Assembly (NCBI RefSeq): GCF_001194135.2
Contig: NC_068982.1
Coordinates: 169,620,318-169,684,317 of the forward strand
Origin: Octopus bimaculoides
Lineage: Eukaryota
Reading direction: 5' to 3'
Length of the DNA: 64,000 nucleotides
Position numbers and translations under genes: made by a program. Shown piece by piece: positions 44,076 to 58,210 of this stretch; the stretch's first letter is position 1, and every line of letters starts with the position of its first letter. A model generated the notes under the pieces. The model was not told the origin of the DNA. It worked only from the letters and a program-made list of their open reading frames with translations, and did not search any database.

Positions 44076-44529
44076 GTCTAGATAATTTAGTATTATATGG
44101 AGAAGTTATAGCTAGTGTTTCTTTCGGTTAAGTTTCCATACAGAGTCTCCCACAATTGCTATTTATAATTTATAGCTGCAGGTCACGAGGGTTTAGAGTA
44201 AAAATTCTTAAACATTTTTTCATCTTTAATTCACGGTACAACAACACGTTGAATACGATGCTGAAAATATTGCAGACCATCAGCTTTTACGAAAGTNNNN
44301 NNNNNNTATATATATATATATATATATATGTATGAAGGGATGTGAGCTAGTAGTTGCTGTGTACATCTCGTGATAATAAAGCTGTAGGCACTTAATTTGA
44401 CGCTGTTCCAGTCTATTCAGAAGTAAATGAATACTAGCTGGGTGCTGGGGCAGCACTCACTCACTCACTCACTCACTCTCTCTCTCATTTTCTCCTCCTC
44501 TCTCTGTCACAATCTGGTTGTGCTCCTGG

Positions 44530-44682
44530 ACCAAATGTAAGAGGGCCGAGAAGGTTTTTATATCTGCTCGCGACTTTAATTACCTAAACGTTTAGCGAAA
44601 GCATAGTACATACTACCGAGGTATACTCGCTCGCTGACTGTGCTACACACGCACGCGCGCGCGTACATTGGATTGGATTGCC
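44530..44682 (-). promoter_or_regulatory. Candidate Pol II core promoter (2x CCAAT, TATAAAA, Inr-like)
   Basis: On the minus strand: CCAAT at 44676-44672 and 44671-44667, CpG-rich cgcgcgcg, TATAAAA at 44562-44556, ttACAttt at about 44540-44533, then (GA)n/(GAGT)n leader-like sequence. Motif evidence only. Confidence 0.4.
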
Positions 44683-45912
44683 TATACTCAGTCCCACCTA
44701 GCACTATCTGATGTGGAGGCTGTGATTACATTCTACCGCCTTGGGAAATTAACGACACGCTGTACCTTAAAAATTATTAGGCGAGGTGGCCTTTCAACCT
44801 CTCGGAGGTTATTAAAATAAAATACCAGTGTAGAATGGTCGATGGTATCGATTAACTTTCTCTCGTCAAAATTGAATGCCATGTGCCTTAAACAGGAACC
44901 ATTATATACGTACACGTCAAAACATTGATTCCCCTCACAGAATGCTGATGTCCAATTGGTTGGCCACCTGAATGAATATAAACACAATGCACTTGGAGAA
45001 AAATGACAGAAATCCATGTGTTCGATATCTCATCATTGTGGTTAATTGATAAATCAGGAAAATGAATTGATGTGGTGAAGAATATGAAATTTTTTGGGGA
45101 TGGAGTAGGTTGTTTGTTTCGGAGTCACTATATATAGAAGTATCATTAGCATGATGTTTTCTCGGCACCACGCAGCAGAAATTTGTTCAAACTAAGTAAG
45201 ATTTTCCGCATTTGTTAGGATTGACCTTTAAATAGTTTCAAAATATCAGAGCTTTCTGATTGCTTTCGCGTAATCTAGAAGTATTATTTATTTGCTTTAC
45301 TTTTAATGTAAATATATATTATTTAGCATCAGCAGTGGAATGGAATGACAAGAAGGGTAATTCGCTGACGCAGATCGTGCCTCCGCATTAAACTTCACTG
45401 AACTTGCATCATTATCTCACATATTTCTGAGACCTTCTAACTTTTATTTATTATGTCAAAACTTAAATTCTTTCGGTGTGGTTTACATACATACGCACGC
45501 ATACACGTACATAACAATTTCTTGAAGAAAGAAAAAAAGAGACAAACTTGTGTGCACATACACGCAGAAGGAAACACACACAATAAAACATGGACTCATA
45601 AATAAGAGTGCTCGCCCATTATCTTCCTTGACTGGAACATATTTTCTGCTGAGGAACAACATTCAGTTTTATTACTTCCGATTCGTCACGAAGATTACAG
45701 CTCGAAATGTTGACCTTTATTTTGTAACTTCAGTACAGCGTAAAGTTAATGACCGTGTATTTTTTTATTTATGGTGTTTTTCGCTCCTGAGATCTTAAAG
45801 AAAAAAAAAAAGCCATTTGTATCTTTAAAAATCAAATCCTGCCCGCTAAAGCAATGATTCAGCAACAGCATGGTCTGCTCTTCTGGCAGCTGCACACATT
45901 ATTTGTATTATA

Positions 45913-45986
<74 letters not shown>

Positions 45987-46010
45987 TACACACACATATA
46001 TATATATGCG

Positions 46011-46042
<32 letters not shown>

Positions 46043-47027
46043 GATATGCACCACATACACACACATAGATGCACGCGCGCGCGCGCACACACACATACAA
46101 ACGTATATGTACATGCACATACGTAATTTAGATATATTCAATGGATTTGGAAACAACTTCGTGTACATAAGAATACTCAGAAATACATACTGCACACATT
46201 CAAACACTAATATATAGTTTAAACATTAATATAAAGCATCTTGCAGCACATAGCGAGGTTAAAAGCAATCACTTCAGTGGGTGCTCTAGAAATTACGGTT
46301 TGAAATTGACGAAGGTTGTGTTTGTTAGGGATTCAGAGTTCAAATCGGTTCTTGAGAATGCTGAAAATTGTGACAGGAAGACGATTTTTGTTCTACTGAT
46401 TTCATCTACATCTTGACGAGTGCGAAAGTCTTCAACACTCAGTCAGGAAGATACAACTAAGAATGGCAAAACATACCTTTACAGTGTCTGTTTTCTTTCT
46501 CTTGTTAGTAATATCATCTCCATTCTTATTTCCATTGTCCCTTTTCCTTCCGTCTTACACCATTTCACGTCACTTTTTCTCTATCTGTATCTATCTCTCT
46601 ACTGATATTTCTTTTAATCTATCTTTTGCCTACTTTTATTTCTCTCTTGTTCACTCACTTCTCGTGCTCGGCAAATTGTCTTCTTTTCCTCATATTACTC
46701 CTTCATTTCTTATGATTTCTTCGCTACTCATCCTGACACACCTCAATAGACACACTTGATAACAAAGTTCTGTATGCATGATTGAATTCTGAGTAGTAAC
46801 ACACCTCCAAATTTGATCAATAAAAACCTTCCATAATATCTTTTCCTTAGAATTTATCCTACAACTCAATTACCATTCAACAGAGCTCTACTTATCCCAG
46901 AAAAATTACACTCGCAAGACATAATATAAAGGCAAAATGAATCAAAAGTACCAGAGTTCGACGGCGGCTAAGCAGGCTAAAAGTACGAAGTCACCTCCAA
47001 CACTATTCTAGTTAAGGAATTGTATAT

Positions 47028-47062
<35 letters not shown>

Positions 47063-47956
47063 NNNNNNNNNNNNNNNNNNNNNNNNNNNNNNNNNNNNNN
47101 NNNNNNNNNNNNNNNNNNNNNNNNNNNNNNNNNNNNNNNNNNNNNNNNNNNNNNNNNNNNNNNNNNNNNNNNNNNNNNNNNNNNNNNNNNNNNNNNNNNN
47201 NNNNNNNNNNNNNNNNNNNNNNNNNNNNNNNNNNNNNNNNNNNNNNNNNNNNNNNNNNNNNNNNNNNNNNNNNNNNNNNNNNNNNNNNNNNNNNNNNNNN
47301 NNNNNNNNNNNNNNNNNNNNNNNNNNNNNNNNNNNNNNNNNNNNNNNNNNNNNNNNNNNNNNNNNNNNNNNNNNNNNNNNNNNNNNNNNNNNNNNNNNNN
47401 NNNNNNNNNNNNNNNNNNNNNNNNNNNNNNNNNNNNNNNNNNNNNNNNNNNNNNNNNNNNNNNNNNNNNNNNNNNNNNNNNNNNNNNNNNNNNNNNNNNN
47501 NNNNNNNNNNNNNNNNNNNNNNNNNNNNNNNNNNNNNNNNNNNNNNNNNNNNNNNNNNNNNNNNNNNNNNNNNNNNNNNNNNNNNNNNNNNNNNNNNNNN
47601 NNNNNNNNNNNNNNNNNNNNNNNNNNNNNNNNNNNNNNNNNNNNNNNNNNNNNNNNNNNNNNNNNNNNNNNNNNNNNNNNNNNNNNNNNNNNNNNNNNNN
47701 NNNNNNNNNNNNNNNNNNNNNNNNNNNNNNNNNNNNNNNNNNNNNNNNNNNNNNNNNNNNNNNNNNNNNNNNNNNNNNNNNNNNNNNNNNNNNNNNNNNN
47801 NNNNNNNNNNNNNNNNNNNNNNNNNNNNNNNNNNNNNNNNNNNNNNNNNNNNNNNNNNNNNNNNNNNNNNNNNNNNNNNNNNNNNNNNNNNNNNNNNNNN
47901 NNNNNNNNNNNNNNNNNNNNNNNNNNNNNNNNNNTATATATATATATATATATATA

Positions 47957-47991
<35 letters not shown>

Positions 47992-50212
47992 CTGTGTATG
48001 TGTGTGCGTGCGTATGTGTGTGCATGTGCGGGCGCGCGTAAACTATATTCATGTATGTACATATGTATAGGTTGTAACTGTCGAAGCTTTGAAACTTATG
48101 TCGTCTATGAACTTGAAGTCACAAAAAAGTTATAGGAAAGAAAAATTACGCCGGTTTATGTGTGAAGGCAAAAGAAAATATGCAAATTATCAGTCTTCTT
48201 TCCGACACTAAAATAAAGCCGACTAGCCATATATGGGTTCTGAAGACCATCAGCATACTGTACATTGAGGTGGAGCATCGTGGTGAAATCTACTCCATAT
48301 GTAAATAGATCAAAGAGATGCAAGCTAAGTGTAATTGAAAGATCGCACATTCTTTTTTTGATCTAAGAATTCCGCGACATTACTTAATTCAAGATCCGAA
48401 AGTTTCAGCAAACGCAAGCACATGGACAAATTTCTTTTGGTGAACTGGACGACACCACCTTCTCCGGATTGAGCAGCTCTCCCACAAATATTGGCCTTAT
48501 CAGCTAAATCAGTTATGATTTTGACGGGTAAAGAGAACGCAAATCTTGGTTTTCTGTTCATTCTTTCCTTTTTTTTTCTTTTCCTGTTTTTATTCAACCT
48601 TTGTTTACTCTTTCCAGCTTTTGCATCCAGCATCTCGTTTTTTTTCTCGTATTTTCCCATATACCAGCGTCCTATTTTGCAAATAAGACTAACCATGAGT
48701 ATTTTAAGTTTGAAAGATGACTTAAAGATACAAGGTACAGTATATAATTTGCCGAATTATCGCGTTTCCATGGCATGAAATAATTAGTAGCAAATATTTG
48801 AATACAGTTTATATTTTGAAGATACACGTATACACACACATATATATATTCATTCATACATACATAATTACATACATGCACACACGCACACAAACGCACA
48901 CGTACACACACGCACAGACACACACACACATATGCATGTGCATGCGCGCGTACATAAGAATGTATATGTTTTATAGATAAAGAGAAAGACGTAGAAAGAA
49001 ATCCAGATATGTAAATACAGACACGCACACGCGCGCGCGCACGCATATGCGCTCGTAACGCACATTCGACGATTCGTATACATACTATTTACATTCAGTC
49101 ATATACATAATACATGCACTCATATATATATATATNNNNNNNNNNNNNNNNNNNNNNNNNNNNNNNNNNNNNNNNNNNNNNNNNNNNNNNNNNNNNNNNN
49201 NNNNNNNNNNNNNNNNNNNNNNNNNNNNNNNNNNNNNNNNNNNNNNNNNNNNNNNNNNNNNNNNNNNNNNNNNNNNNNNNTGTATATATATATATCTATA
49301 TATATATATTTATATATATATATCTACATTATGTAATACTTTAATGGTGCTCCAGTTTTGAATAGGTCTTCTTTTGACATTTACTACAAATGTGTTTAGA
49401 ACACACTTGTGCTTAGGTCAGCAACTTGTTTGATTGACAAATTGGCTTATAGAGCTGGGGTTACCTAGACATGAAGATAGTAATTCAAACACACATACAC
49501 AGATGCAGACACACGAACACACACACACACACACACACAGAGAAAGACACACACACACACACACGCACGCACGCACGCACGCGCGCACACACACACACAC
49601 ACGCACGCACGTACGCACACACACACACACACACACGCACACACACACACAAAGGAACAAACAAACGCACTCAAACACGCCTATACATATATCTTGGTGT
49701 TTTGATAAACTGGAATATTTCCATATGGTCAAAAGTCCACGCATTTGATGTTAGTCAAGCGTACTTGTCAGTGATTCACAAGCGTATATATATNNNNNNN
49801 NNNNNNNNNNNNNNNNNNNNNNNNNNNNNNNNNNNNNNNNNNNNNNNNNNNNNNNNNNNNNNNNNNNNNNNNNNNNNNNNNNNNNNNNNNNNNNNNNNNN
49901 NNNNNNNNNNNNNNNNNNNNNNNNNNNNNNNNNNNNNNNNNNNNNNNNNNNNNNNNNNNNNNNNNNNNNNNNNNNNNNNNNNNNNNNNNNNNNNNNNNNN
50001 NNNNNNNNNNNNNNNTATATATATAAAAGAAATCTAACACATCCCTTGTGTCTGTCCTCTTGTTTGTTTTTTTAATATTTGATTATTCGATTTGACTATA
50101 TATGTGTGTGTGCGCGCGCATGTATGAGTATATATGTATATATATATGTATATACGTATGTGTATATATATATATATGATATATATACATATATATATAC
50201 ATATATATACAT

Positions 50213-50304
<92 letters not shown>

Positions 50305-50306
50305 GT

Positions 50307-50590
50307 GAAGGTGCATGGTTCAGTGGTTAGAGCATCGAGCTTACGATCGTGAGGTTGTGAGTTCGAATCCCGGACCAGGCTGCGTGTTGTGTTCTTGAGC
50401 AAGACACTGTATTTCACGTTGCTAAAGTTTATCCAGCTGTAGAAATGAGTTGCGACGTCACAGGTGCCAAGATGTGTTGGCCTTTGCTTTTCCCTTGGAC
50501 AACACCGGTGGCGTGGAGAGGGAAGGCCGGTATGCATGGGCGACTGCTGGTCTTCCATAAACAATCTTCCCCAGACTTGTGCCTGGGTTG
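50307..50590 (+). mobile_element. SINE family C (tRNA head plus CORE-like domain), near full-length
   Basis: A-box tggttcagtggtt and B-box gagttcgaatcc, followed by gtgttcttgagcaagacactgtatttcacgttgc..cagctgtagaaatgagt, which resembles the CORE domain. Confidence 0.85.
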
Positions 50591-50599
50591 TAGTAGTTT

Positions 50600-51090
50600 T
50601 ATGTATTTACCACCTTATTCCTTTATAACATTTTGTATTTCTTTTGACTTGTGTATTTTAGCTAAATAGAAGTTGCTGGATTTCGACTCAAAATTGGTAA
50701 TATAGTCCCTTTCACTGGGAGTTAGGGTGTTATAATGTTTTAAGACTAAATAAATGAGTTTCTTCCTGATGTGGTGGTCAATATTTGATGTCATTTCACG
50801 GTAGAACGTTGTATCCTTCAAATGATTTTCAGCTACATCCCGGTAATATTCCGTATCCATTATAACAATGTCACCCCATTACCTTTTTGTTTGATGACAA
50901 TTGTGTTGTCATTTTTAAGACGTATAAGGACAGACGTTTCTAGTTTTGAAATGTTTGGTCTGACGTTGAAATTATGCCTCTGTGGAAATTTGGAGAGGAT
51001 ATCAATGGACTGATCTAGATGTGTATTTTGTCCTTGATCACGTGGACTTAATCTGGAAGACAATGAGGGAGCTCCTGCACGTTTAATCAA
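50600..51090 (-). mobile_element. Penelope-like RT N-terminal fragment
   Basis: NISKLETSVLIRLKNDNTIVIKQ(..KG)..MDTEYYR..HLKDTTFYRE..FYLAKIHK, the typical pre-RT region of PLEs. Confidence 0.8.
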
Positions 51091-51284
51091 CGTGTTTTAA
51101 TTATCAGTAAAACCTCCTTAGATTATGTAGATGCAATATAATGAACTGCAATTGTGTGCAGAATAATGTTGCTGTTTCGTAATTTTGGGGCTGAGTAGAA
51201 AAAGTAAGTGGCGTGTATTGATATTGAAAGAAAGTATTCATGTGTGAATAACATACGACAATGGGTAAGATAAAGGCGGCTAAC

Positions 51285-51490
51285 TGGCACAATTGTTAGC
51301 ACGCCGCGCAAAATGCTTTACAGAATTTCTTCCATCTTCAAATTCTGAGTTCTAAATCCGCCGAGGTCGACTTTATCTTTAATCCTTTCGGGGTTGATAG
51401 AGGGACTACCAGTTGAGTACTGGGGCGATGTAATCGACTTACTTCCTCCCCTCAACTTACTGGCCTTGTACCAAAATTTGAAATCAATAT
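51285..51490 (+). mobile_element. Family A SINE
   Basis: ggcggctaactggcac..ttagcacgcc..gagttctaaatccgccgaggtcgactttatc..ggccttgtaccaaaatttgaaatc. Confidence 0.85.
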
Positions 51491-51790
51491 ATAATACAGA
51501 TAAATCTTTGAAAAAAATACAATAGTGTTTTAACCTTCTAAATTATACGAAGCATATCATTATGGAGAAAACATTTGTGTAAGGAAATATCTAAAGTACT
51601 TGAAAGAGACTTTCCTTATGAAGTAATTAAAAATGTTTTAAATTGCAATACCATTGAAACTATGGATACAAAGGTAGGTAGCATACCGAAAGTAAATTTA
51701 AATAAAACAGAAAATAATACTAAAACAAATATTTTGACTGTAGTGAAGGAGATATCTTCTCAGAATGGTATTCAGAAGTATTAGATAAGA

Positions 51791-51919
<129 letters not shown>

Positions 51920-52199
51920 GTATATAAATTGCAGACCAGTCTGACAAAAATACTGTTATTTTCTTTTTCGAAAAGTATAAACATAATTAAACTATAAATA
52001 TTGAAATATACTGTTACATAAAAAGTATTGCCAATTCCCCAAATGTTATACGAATTAACTAAACCAATTAGTTCAAAATTTTTTAATTACAATGAATTAC
52101 AAAAACAAAAGAGTAAATATAAAATAGTTATAAGAACCAATGAAACAGTGCCAAGAAAATAATTTAAAAATTAAAAAAAAATCAAAAATATAATGAAAA

Positions 52200-53700
52200 T
52201 TCTTCCAGGAGATTTTAAAATATTGAAAATGAAAGTCTCATTAATTTATTTACGAAAAGGCCTAAGTTTCATGCAAAGAAAAAAAGTTTAAGATTGTTTA
52301 TATAGACATTTAAAAAAATCAGAAAAATTTATTACAAAAAGAAATAATAAATTGAGAATCAACGAATAAAAAAAATCTCTGCATGGAAAAGCAAAATATT
52401 AGAATTAGTTTAGAAGCGTATAAATACAATTTTAAAAGAAAATAAAGCGTAAATCATAATTAAAATTTTTTTATTAAACAACTCAAATAAGCAGGATGAA
52501 CTGAGTAGCAAAAAAGATTATAATAACGTCAACGTGTAAACAAAATATAACACAGCATTGGTATGTGAACTATTTTATATACAGAAACTAATGGAACAAG
52601 AATCAATGATAACAAAGGCATAGACGAAGACAAACAAGAATTAAACAAATATAAATAATCTGATACAATAGCATGCAGATTTAACATTATGATTTAAAAA
52701 AATAAATAAGGAATAGCTCCCTCTACACTGTATTTCCAGAATACATAAAATGAACTAAAAGCAGGATTTACAATTTCATCAACAAAACACGCTGGGAAAC
52801 TTGTAATAATAATAACACGCATACTGAAATTGTAACTTAAATGTATCGAAGAGTACAGTAATAAAGGTAAATGTTTTCTGATGATAGTTGGCAATAGATT
52901 TATCAATATTATTAATATAATTATTAAGATATAAAATCCAGATGTCAAGAATAGAAATAAAATAGATAATTTTAACTTCACTATATTGTTATGCATTGTA
53001 TTTTCTCAAAATGAATCCAATAATGTCTTATAAGAAATAATAGTGCTTTGCTTTCATAAAGGAAATAAAGTGAACTTTGCTACAAATAGATTAGCTGTAT
53101 AATAGACTGACAAAAATAGATTCATAAAAATACGAAGCATAAATCAAGTTTTAGTGTCGTTAACATTCAACGAAGCAAGAATACAACAATATAACGGATA
53201 TTTTGAATTATAAGTGTATATAATTTGTTCCCTTAAATTAGAATCCAATGGGTTTTAACAAGTTCCTCTATATGATAAACACATTTCCTTTCTAGAATGA
53301 AAATAAATGGATAAACAATAATACTTTGCGCAATTGAAATAAAATATAAACATAAATATAGATTTAGGCGTATCAATGATTTGATTGCTATATCTATTTA
53401 ATTCCTGAAAATCATGTGACAAGATGATATGTCTCTTAAAAAGTTGGAAATATATAAAAAAATGGATATTGCAAATTAACAGCAAATGATTTAGACATAT
53501 GTACAATCAATAAAAATATGATATTAAAATATAGAACAGAATCAATAAAGACCAATATTGAGGGAGATGAATATAACAAACATTGTAATAAAATAAGTCA
53601 AATATTATAGGCAACAATACGTATTAGAATATGAAATGAAAACTATCAAAATATATCAATAATATAGCGATGTTTAAATCATACGCAAACTCAAGGAGAA
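52200..53700 (+). mobile_element. Highly decayed, A-rich Penelope-like ORF remnant
   Basis: Recognisable fragments: ..LFTKRPKF (GLNF-like), ..FYIQKL, ..RIHKM..GFTISSTKHAG (PKLHK region), FNFTILL (FDFSTLY-like), FRRINDLIA (FRYIDD-like). Confidence 0.5.
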
Positions 53701-54394
53701 AGAAAAGTACTTCGAAAAGCAAAGTAGACAGGTATATAACAAGAAAAAAAAAAAGAATTATTTTCAATAAAATCGAAATTATTATAAAAAATTTTCGAAT
53801 TATAATATATTTGATATCTTAAGACACAAACATGAAGCACAAGAAGTATAACAATAAATTTAAATGTATATTTTAAGTACAAAATTTGGTTACTATAAAT
53901 AATAATTTGATTTGAAGATATTAAAATATTAAAAAGTGATAACATTCCTTTGAGGCAGAAATTAAAGACAAAAAACCCCAACAAATTGGTGCAAAACATT
54001 TTAGACATACAAAAAATAAAATATAATATAGAAAAAAATCACTCATAAAATAAAAAAGCAAATATTATCAAGATACTAGCAATATAACAAACAAATATAC
54101 TGTATATCAATAAAACGTGAAAAATTTAGGTTAGTATATTAAAAAATTAGAAGTCAAAAATAAAAATAGATAAAGAAAAAACAATGAAAAATATCGAATA
54201 GAATAAAATTACACATGTTATCTGACAACCAAATAAATACCAGACAATCAATAATATTATACTGTTTGTCATGATAGTTGTTCGAATGTTACACTTTTAA
54301 ATACATTAACTGTGGAGCGAAAAAGAAGACATGATTAAGACCTGTATCATAAGCGTTTCTAACATGAACACAAGTCCTGAAATTTTGTAGAGGG

Positions 54395-54575
54395 TAAGGT
54401 TTGTCGATTAAATCGACCCCAGTATTACACTTGTGACTTATTTTATCTTCCCTGGAGGTATGAAGTACAAAGCTGACCCCGATGGCATTTGAATTCATAA
54501 CGCAAAGAGCAGTTACTCAATGCCGCTACATATTTTGAATTGACGCTCTTTTGATTTTGCCAAGCCACCACCTTG
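54395..54575 (-). mobile_element. Family A SINE, diverged
   Basis: gtcgattaaatcgaccccagt..ttattttatc..aaagctgaccccgatggcatttgaattcataacgcaaag. Confidence 0.75.
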
Positions 54576-55194
54576 AAATCTTCAACTAACATAAGGAAAC
54601 AAGATCGAGAGCTATATTTTATATCAGTTTATTTAAGGAACACAATCAAAGACATAATCGAAATGGTTAACATATTTTTTTCAGTAACTTTAGCTAAAGA
54701 ATGAAATCAAAGTCACATTTGAAATCTTCAATGCAATAAAACAATAATACGATGATCTATAGATTTATATACTAATAGAGAAATTAGAGTATTCTTAATA
54801 TGCGATATTTCCACGGATCCTGTTTGTAAACAAAACAGTAAAGAAATAATGATAAAAACAATCTACTTAAACTGCATAGATATGTCATATCTAAATATCT
54901 AAACTGCTCAGGTCAAGGAAACCTCTATGTGCTCACTTGAACTGCTAGAAACAGCAGCTAAATTTACATCAAATGTCTCACTGCCGTGTGCGTGTGTGTG
55001 CACACGCGCGCATGTGTGTATTACATAATGATACTGAAATGGAAACATAGTTAACATTAAAAAAGTAATATAAATGTTCTTTATTATGTTATTAGTGTAA
55101 CAAATTACGAATGACACTAGTAAGATATTAAATTGATATATTATTTATTAATTGAATAAAAGAATCTGTCTTATAACTGAAAAAACATGAGATA

Positions 55195-55380
55195 GCGAGA
55201 GCTAGCAGAATTGTTAGAGTGCCGGAATAAATGCATCGTGGTATCTCCTCCAGCTCTTTACGTTCTGAGTTTAATTCTTGACAGTATCGTCTTTGTCTTT
55301 TATCTTTCAGGATCGTTAAAGTACCAGTCAAGTACTGAGATCAATCATATAATCTAATCCCCCTTCTTCAAAATTGCTAA
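55195..55380 (+). mobile_element. Family A SINE, diverged
   Basis: gagctagcagaattgttagagtgccgg..ttacgttctgagtttaattc..gtaccagtcaagtactg. Confidence 0.75.
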
Positions 55381-55829
55381 CCTAACGTCAGTTAAAAAAA
55401 AAAAAACTACTAGTAACATTGATTACTGACAGACTCATGATCACACATTTCACCATTGTGTATAATCAGTAAATATAAAATTCATTCATTGACTGGTATT
55501 TCTAATATAAACATCGGAATGATTAGAGTAAAAATTGGACACGGAAACATTTGAACGAAGAACGTAACTGGAGCTAACGAAACTTCATAAGTTATTTTCC
55601 GTCGTTCGGCGATAGCTTAAGCTGGATATAATACGCTGAAATCCTAACAATATGAGAAGGATTTGCGAAGACCTGATCTAAATAATAACGTTAGTCTAAA
55701 GTATATTTTAAGGGAGGAGAAGACGCTATTTAATTGACTGCTGAGCTTGGTGGTTACCTTTATCTTTTTTTTTATCAATTCTTAAACAATTGTCAACCAA
55801 AGTCCACGATTGTATTTAAGTATTTAATT

Positions 55830-56045
55830 AAGTGGGGTAGGGAGGGAAGGACGAAGTAAACGGTTCAACGCAGGAATGTAGTTGGTGGGGTCAAACCCAT
55901 TCCGCGTCCATTCATTCTTTCATTTTCATTCGCAGTTATAATGTTTTTTATTCACTATATGTAATCTCATCCGACAAGTATCCGACCCTTATTTGTCCCG
56001 TGTATTGTCCCCTCTTTGTTTAATCCTTGTGGTTTTAATAAGATC
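55830..56045 (+). mobile_element. Isolated 3' UTR related to the ORF1-only element
   Basis: ttcattttcatt and tgtattgtcccctctttgttt..ccttgtgg..aataa resemble 3763-3897. Confidence 0.5.
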
Positions 56046-56559
56046 ATCGTGCTAGTTCCACAGTTCGTGTGTTAGTAGTTCAAAGCTGGAGTTCAACGTT
56101 TACAGTTCAAGTTAGCGTGTTGTATTGCTGATTCTTAAAAGATTGTTGTTACATTTCGTGTGGTTACAACCGTTTGTTTCGATTATATTGTTATTACACT
56201 GTTGCAGTGTATTCGTTTATCCATAAGGATATAACAAATGCTCACACACATACACACTTACGTCTCCCTCCCGTGCTCTCTCTGTGCCTGTCTCTTTGTG
56301 TGTGTGTGTGTGTGTGTGAGTGTGTGTGTGTGTGTGAGTCTCTCTCTCTCTCTCTCTCTGTACCTTATATCGCTTAGTTCTTGGTATTGAGACGCAGGTA
56401 TAGCAGTAAGCGTAGTTTTCCATTTGTTAATTTCATAAGTTTCTGCTCAATCCTGATGCCATGATATGAATAGAAACTTTGACTCATAACTAACTAAATC
56501 ATATATGCATTTCAATTTATATGTAACCTAATTTTACATTGTTGAAATATTAGGTTTAA

Positions 56560-56690
56560 AATTTTACTCAAGGCCAGTAATATCAGGGAAGGGTGTAATT
56601 CGATTTCATCGACCGCACCAGTATTCAACTGGAACTTATTTTATCGACCCCGAAAGAATGAAAGGCAAAATCTACCTCGGCGGAATAACT
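56560..56690 (-). mobile_element. Family A SINE fragment
   Basis: cttattttatcgaccccgaaagaatgaaaggcaaaatctacctcggcggaat. Confidence 0.8.
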
Positions 56691-57222
56691 GCTGAAATAT
56701 TAGCAGCTCACCTACATGGTAGGGAAATAGAATCTTCAGCATATTTGAAGTATAAACACTACATTAAGTTTCATTGCACTCTGAGGCTCTAAGATGTTCT
56801 TAAATATAAAACTGCACTTCACTATAATAAATTTCTTAATAACACATCATTATTTACGAAGTTTTTATGATTGTGTAAGAGTAAGGCATAGATCTTACAC
56901 GTATATAAAAATTGCAGAATAAGCAAAATAAAAGTTTCGTCTTGGTATCGAAACCTCATATTGCATTATCGGTTGTTGACAACGGTATGTGACAAACAAG
57001 TATTGTAATACTTACTATAATAGATATTATAATTATGTAGAACAGAAACATTTGCTGAGCTTGGATGTGTTTATTCAGGGCAATGTTCTATTGCTGTTGT
57101 CATAACGTGTCCTTGATAGCGAAGCTGAAATAATTATTGACAGGGAAAAAACAGCCAGGGGAGAGAAAGGCATAAACAGCGAAACACCCACCCCACACAC
57201 TTGTAGAAATACGCACGGAGAA

Positions 57223-57257
<35 letters not shown>

Positions 57258-57988
57258 AAGAGGAAGAAAGAGATGGGAATTGAGACCTGATGGATGTCAA
57301 TGGAAAGTGGAAAGAGATGATGGGTATCAGGATAAATTGACATAAAGAGAATAATTGCAATACACACACACATACACACACACACGCAGGACACACAGAG
57401 AGGGAAAGAAGGGGAGAGAAAGAGAGAAAAAAGATGAAAAGTGAAAGAGAGAGAAAGAAGAGTGAGTTAGAGAAGTAATGAGTTGGAAAGAGAGCGGGAA
57501 AAGAAGAGTGATATAGAATGGTTAGAAAAAAGATGAAGAAATTAAAGAGGTATAATGAGAGCAGATGGGCGGAAAGACAGACCGACAGACAGAATGACAG
57601 ACCGACAGACAGACAGAGCGACAGACAGATGGATAGTTAGATAAAGAGACAGACAGACAAATACATAGATCGGTAGATAGACAAATAGACGGAGACAGAG
57701 AAAATGGTAAATGTAGGCTTGCGATAATGGAGAAATGCTAAATCGAATAAGGATAAAGAAGCAGAGAGTAAGGGGAACAAGAGATGGAGAAGAAAGCGGC
57801 TGGAGAGAGAGAGAGAGAGAGAGAGAGGGGTGAGGGGGGGAGAGATATGAATTATATCATGTAAAAAGGAGAGACAAAAGGATCAAAAAGAGGGAGACAG
57901 ATGAACAGACAGACAGACAGACAAACAGACACACACAAATAAAAACATACATAAAGTTACCTAGATAGATAAACAGATAGAGATAGAG

Positions 57989-58059
<71 letters not shown>

Positions 58060-58210
58060 GACACTATCTGTGTTTTACATGTATATATGTACGTGTGTGT
58101 ATGAATATGACTGAAGGATTGAAGCACCATTTATGGATAGTGAATAATTATAGTTTACATTGCTATGATGAAGATATAGTTGGAAACAACAGGAATTAGA
58201 GAGAGTGGGA

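Noticed and set aside
50307-50380. tRNA gene
   Set aside because: A and B boxes are present, but there is no convincing acceptor stem and it continues into a SINE body with a homologue at 6960-7150.
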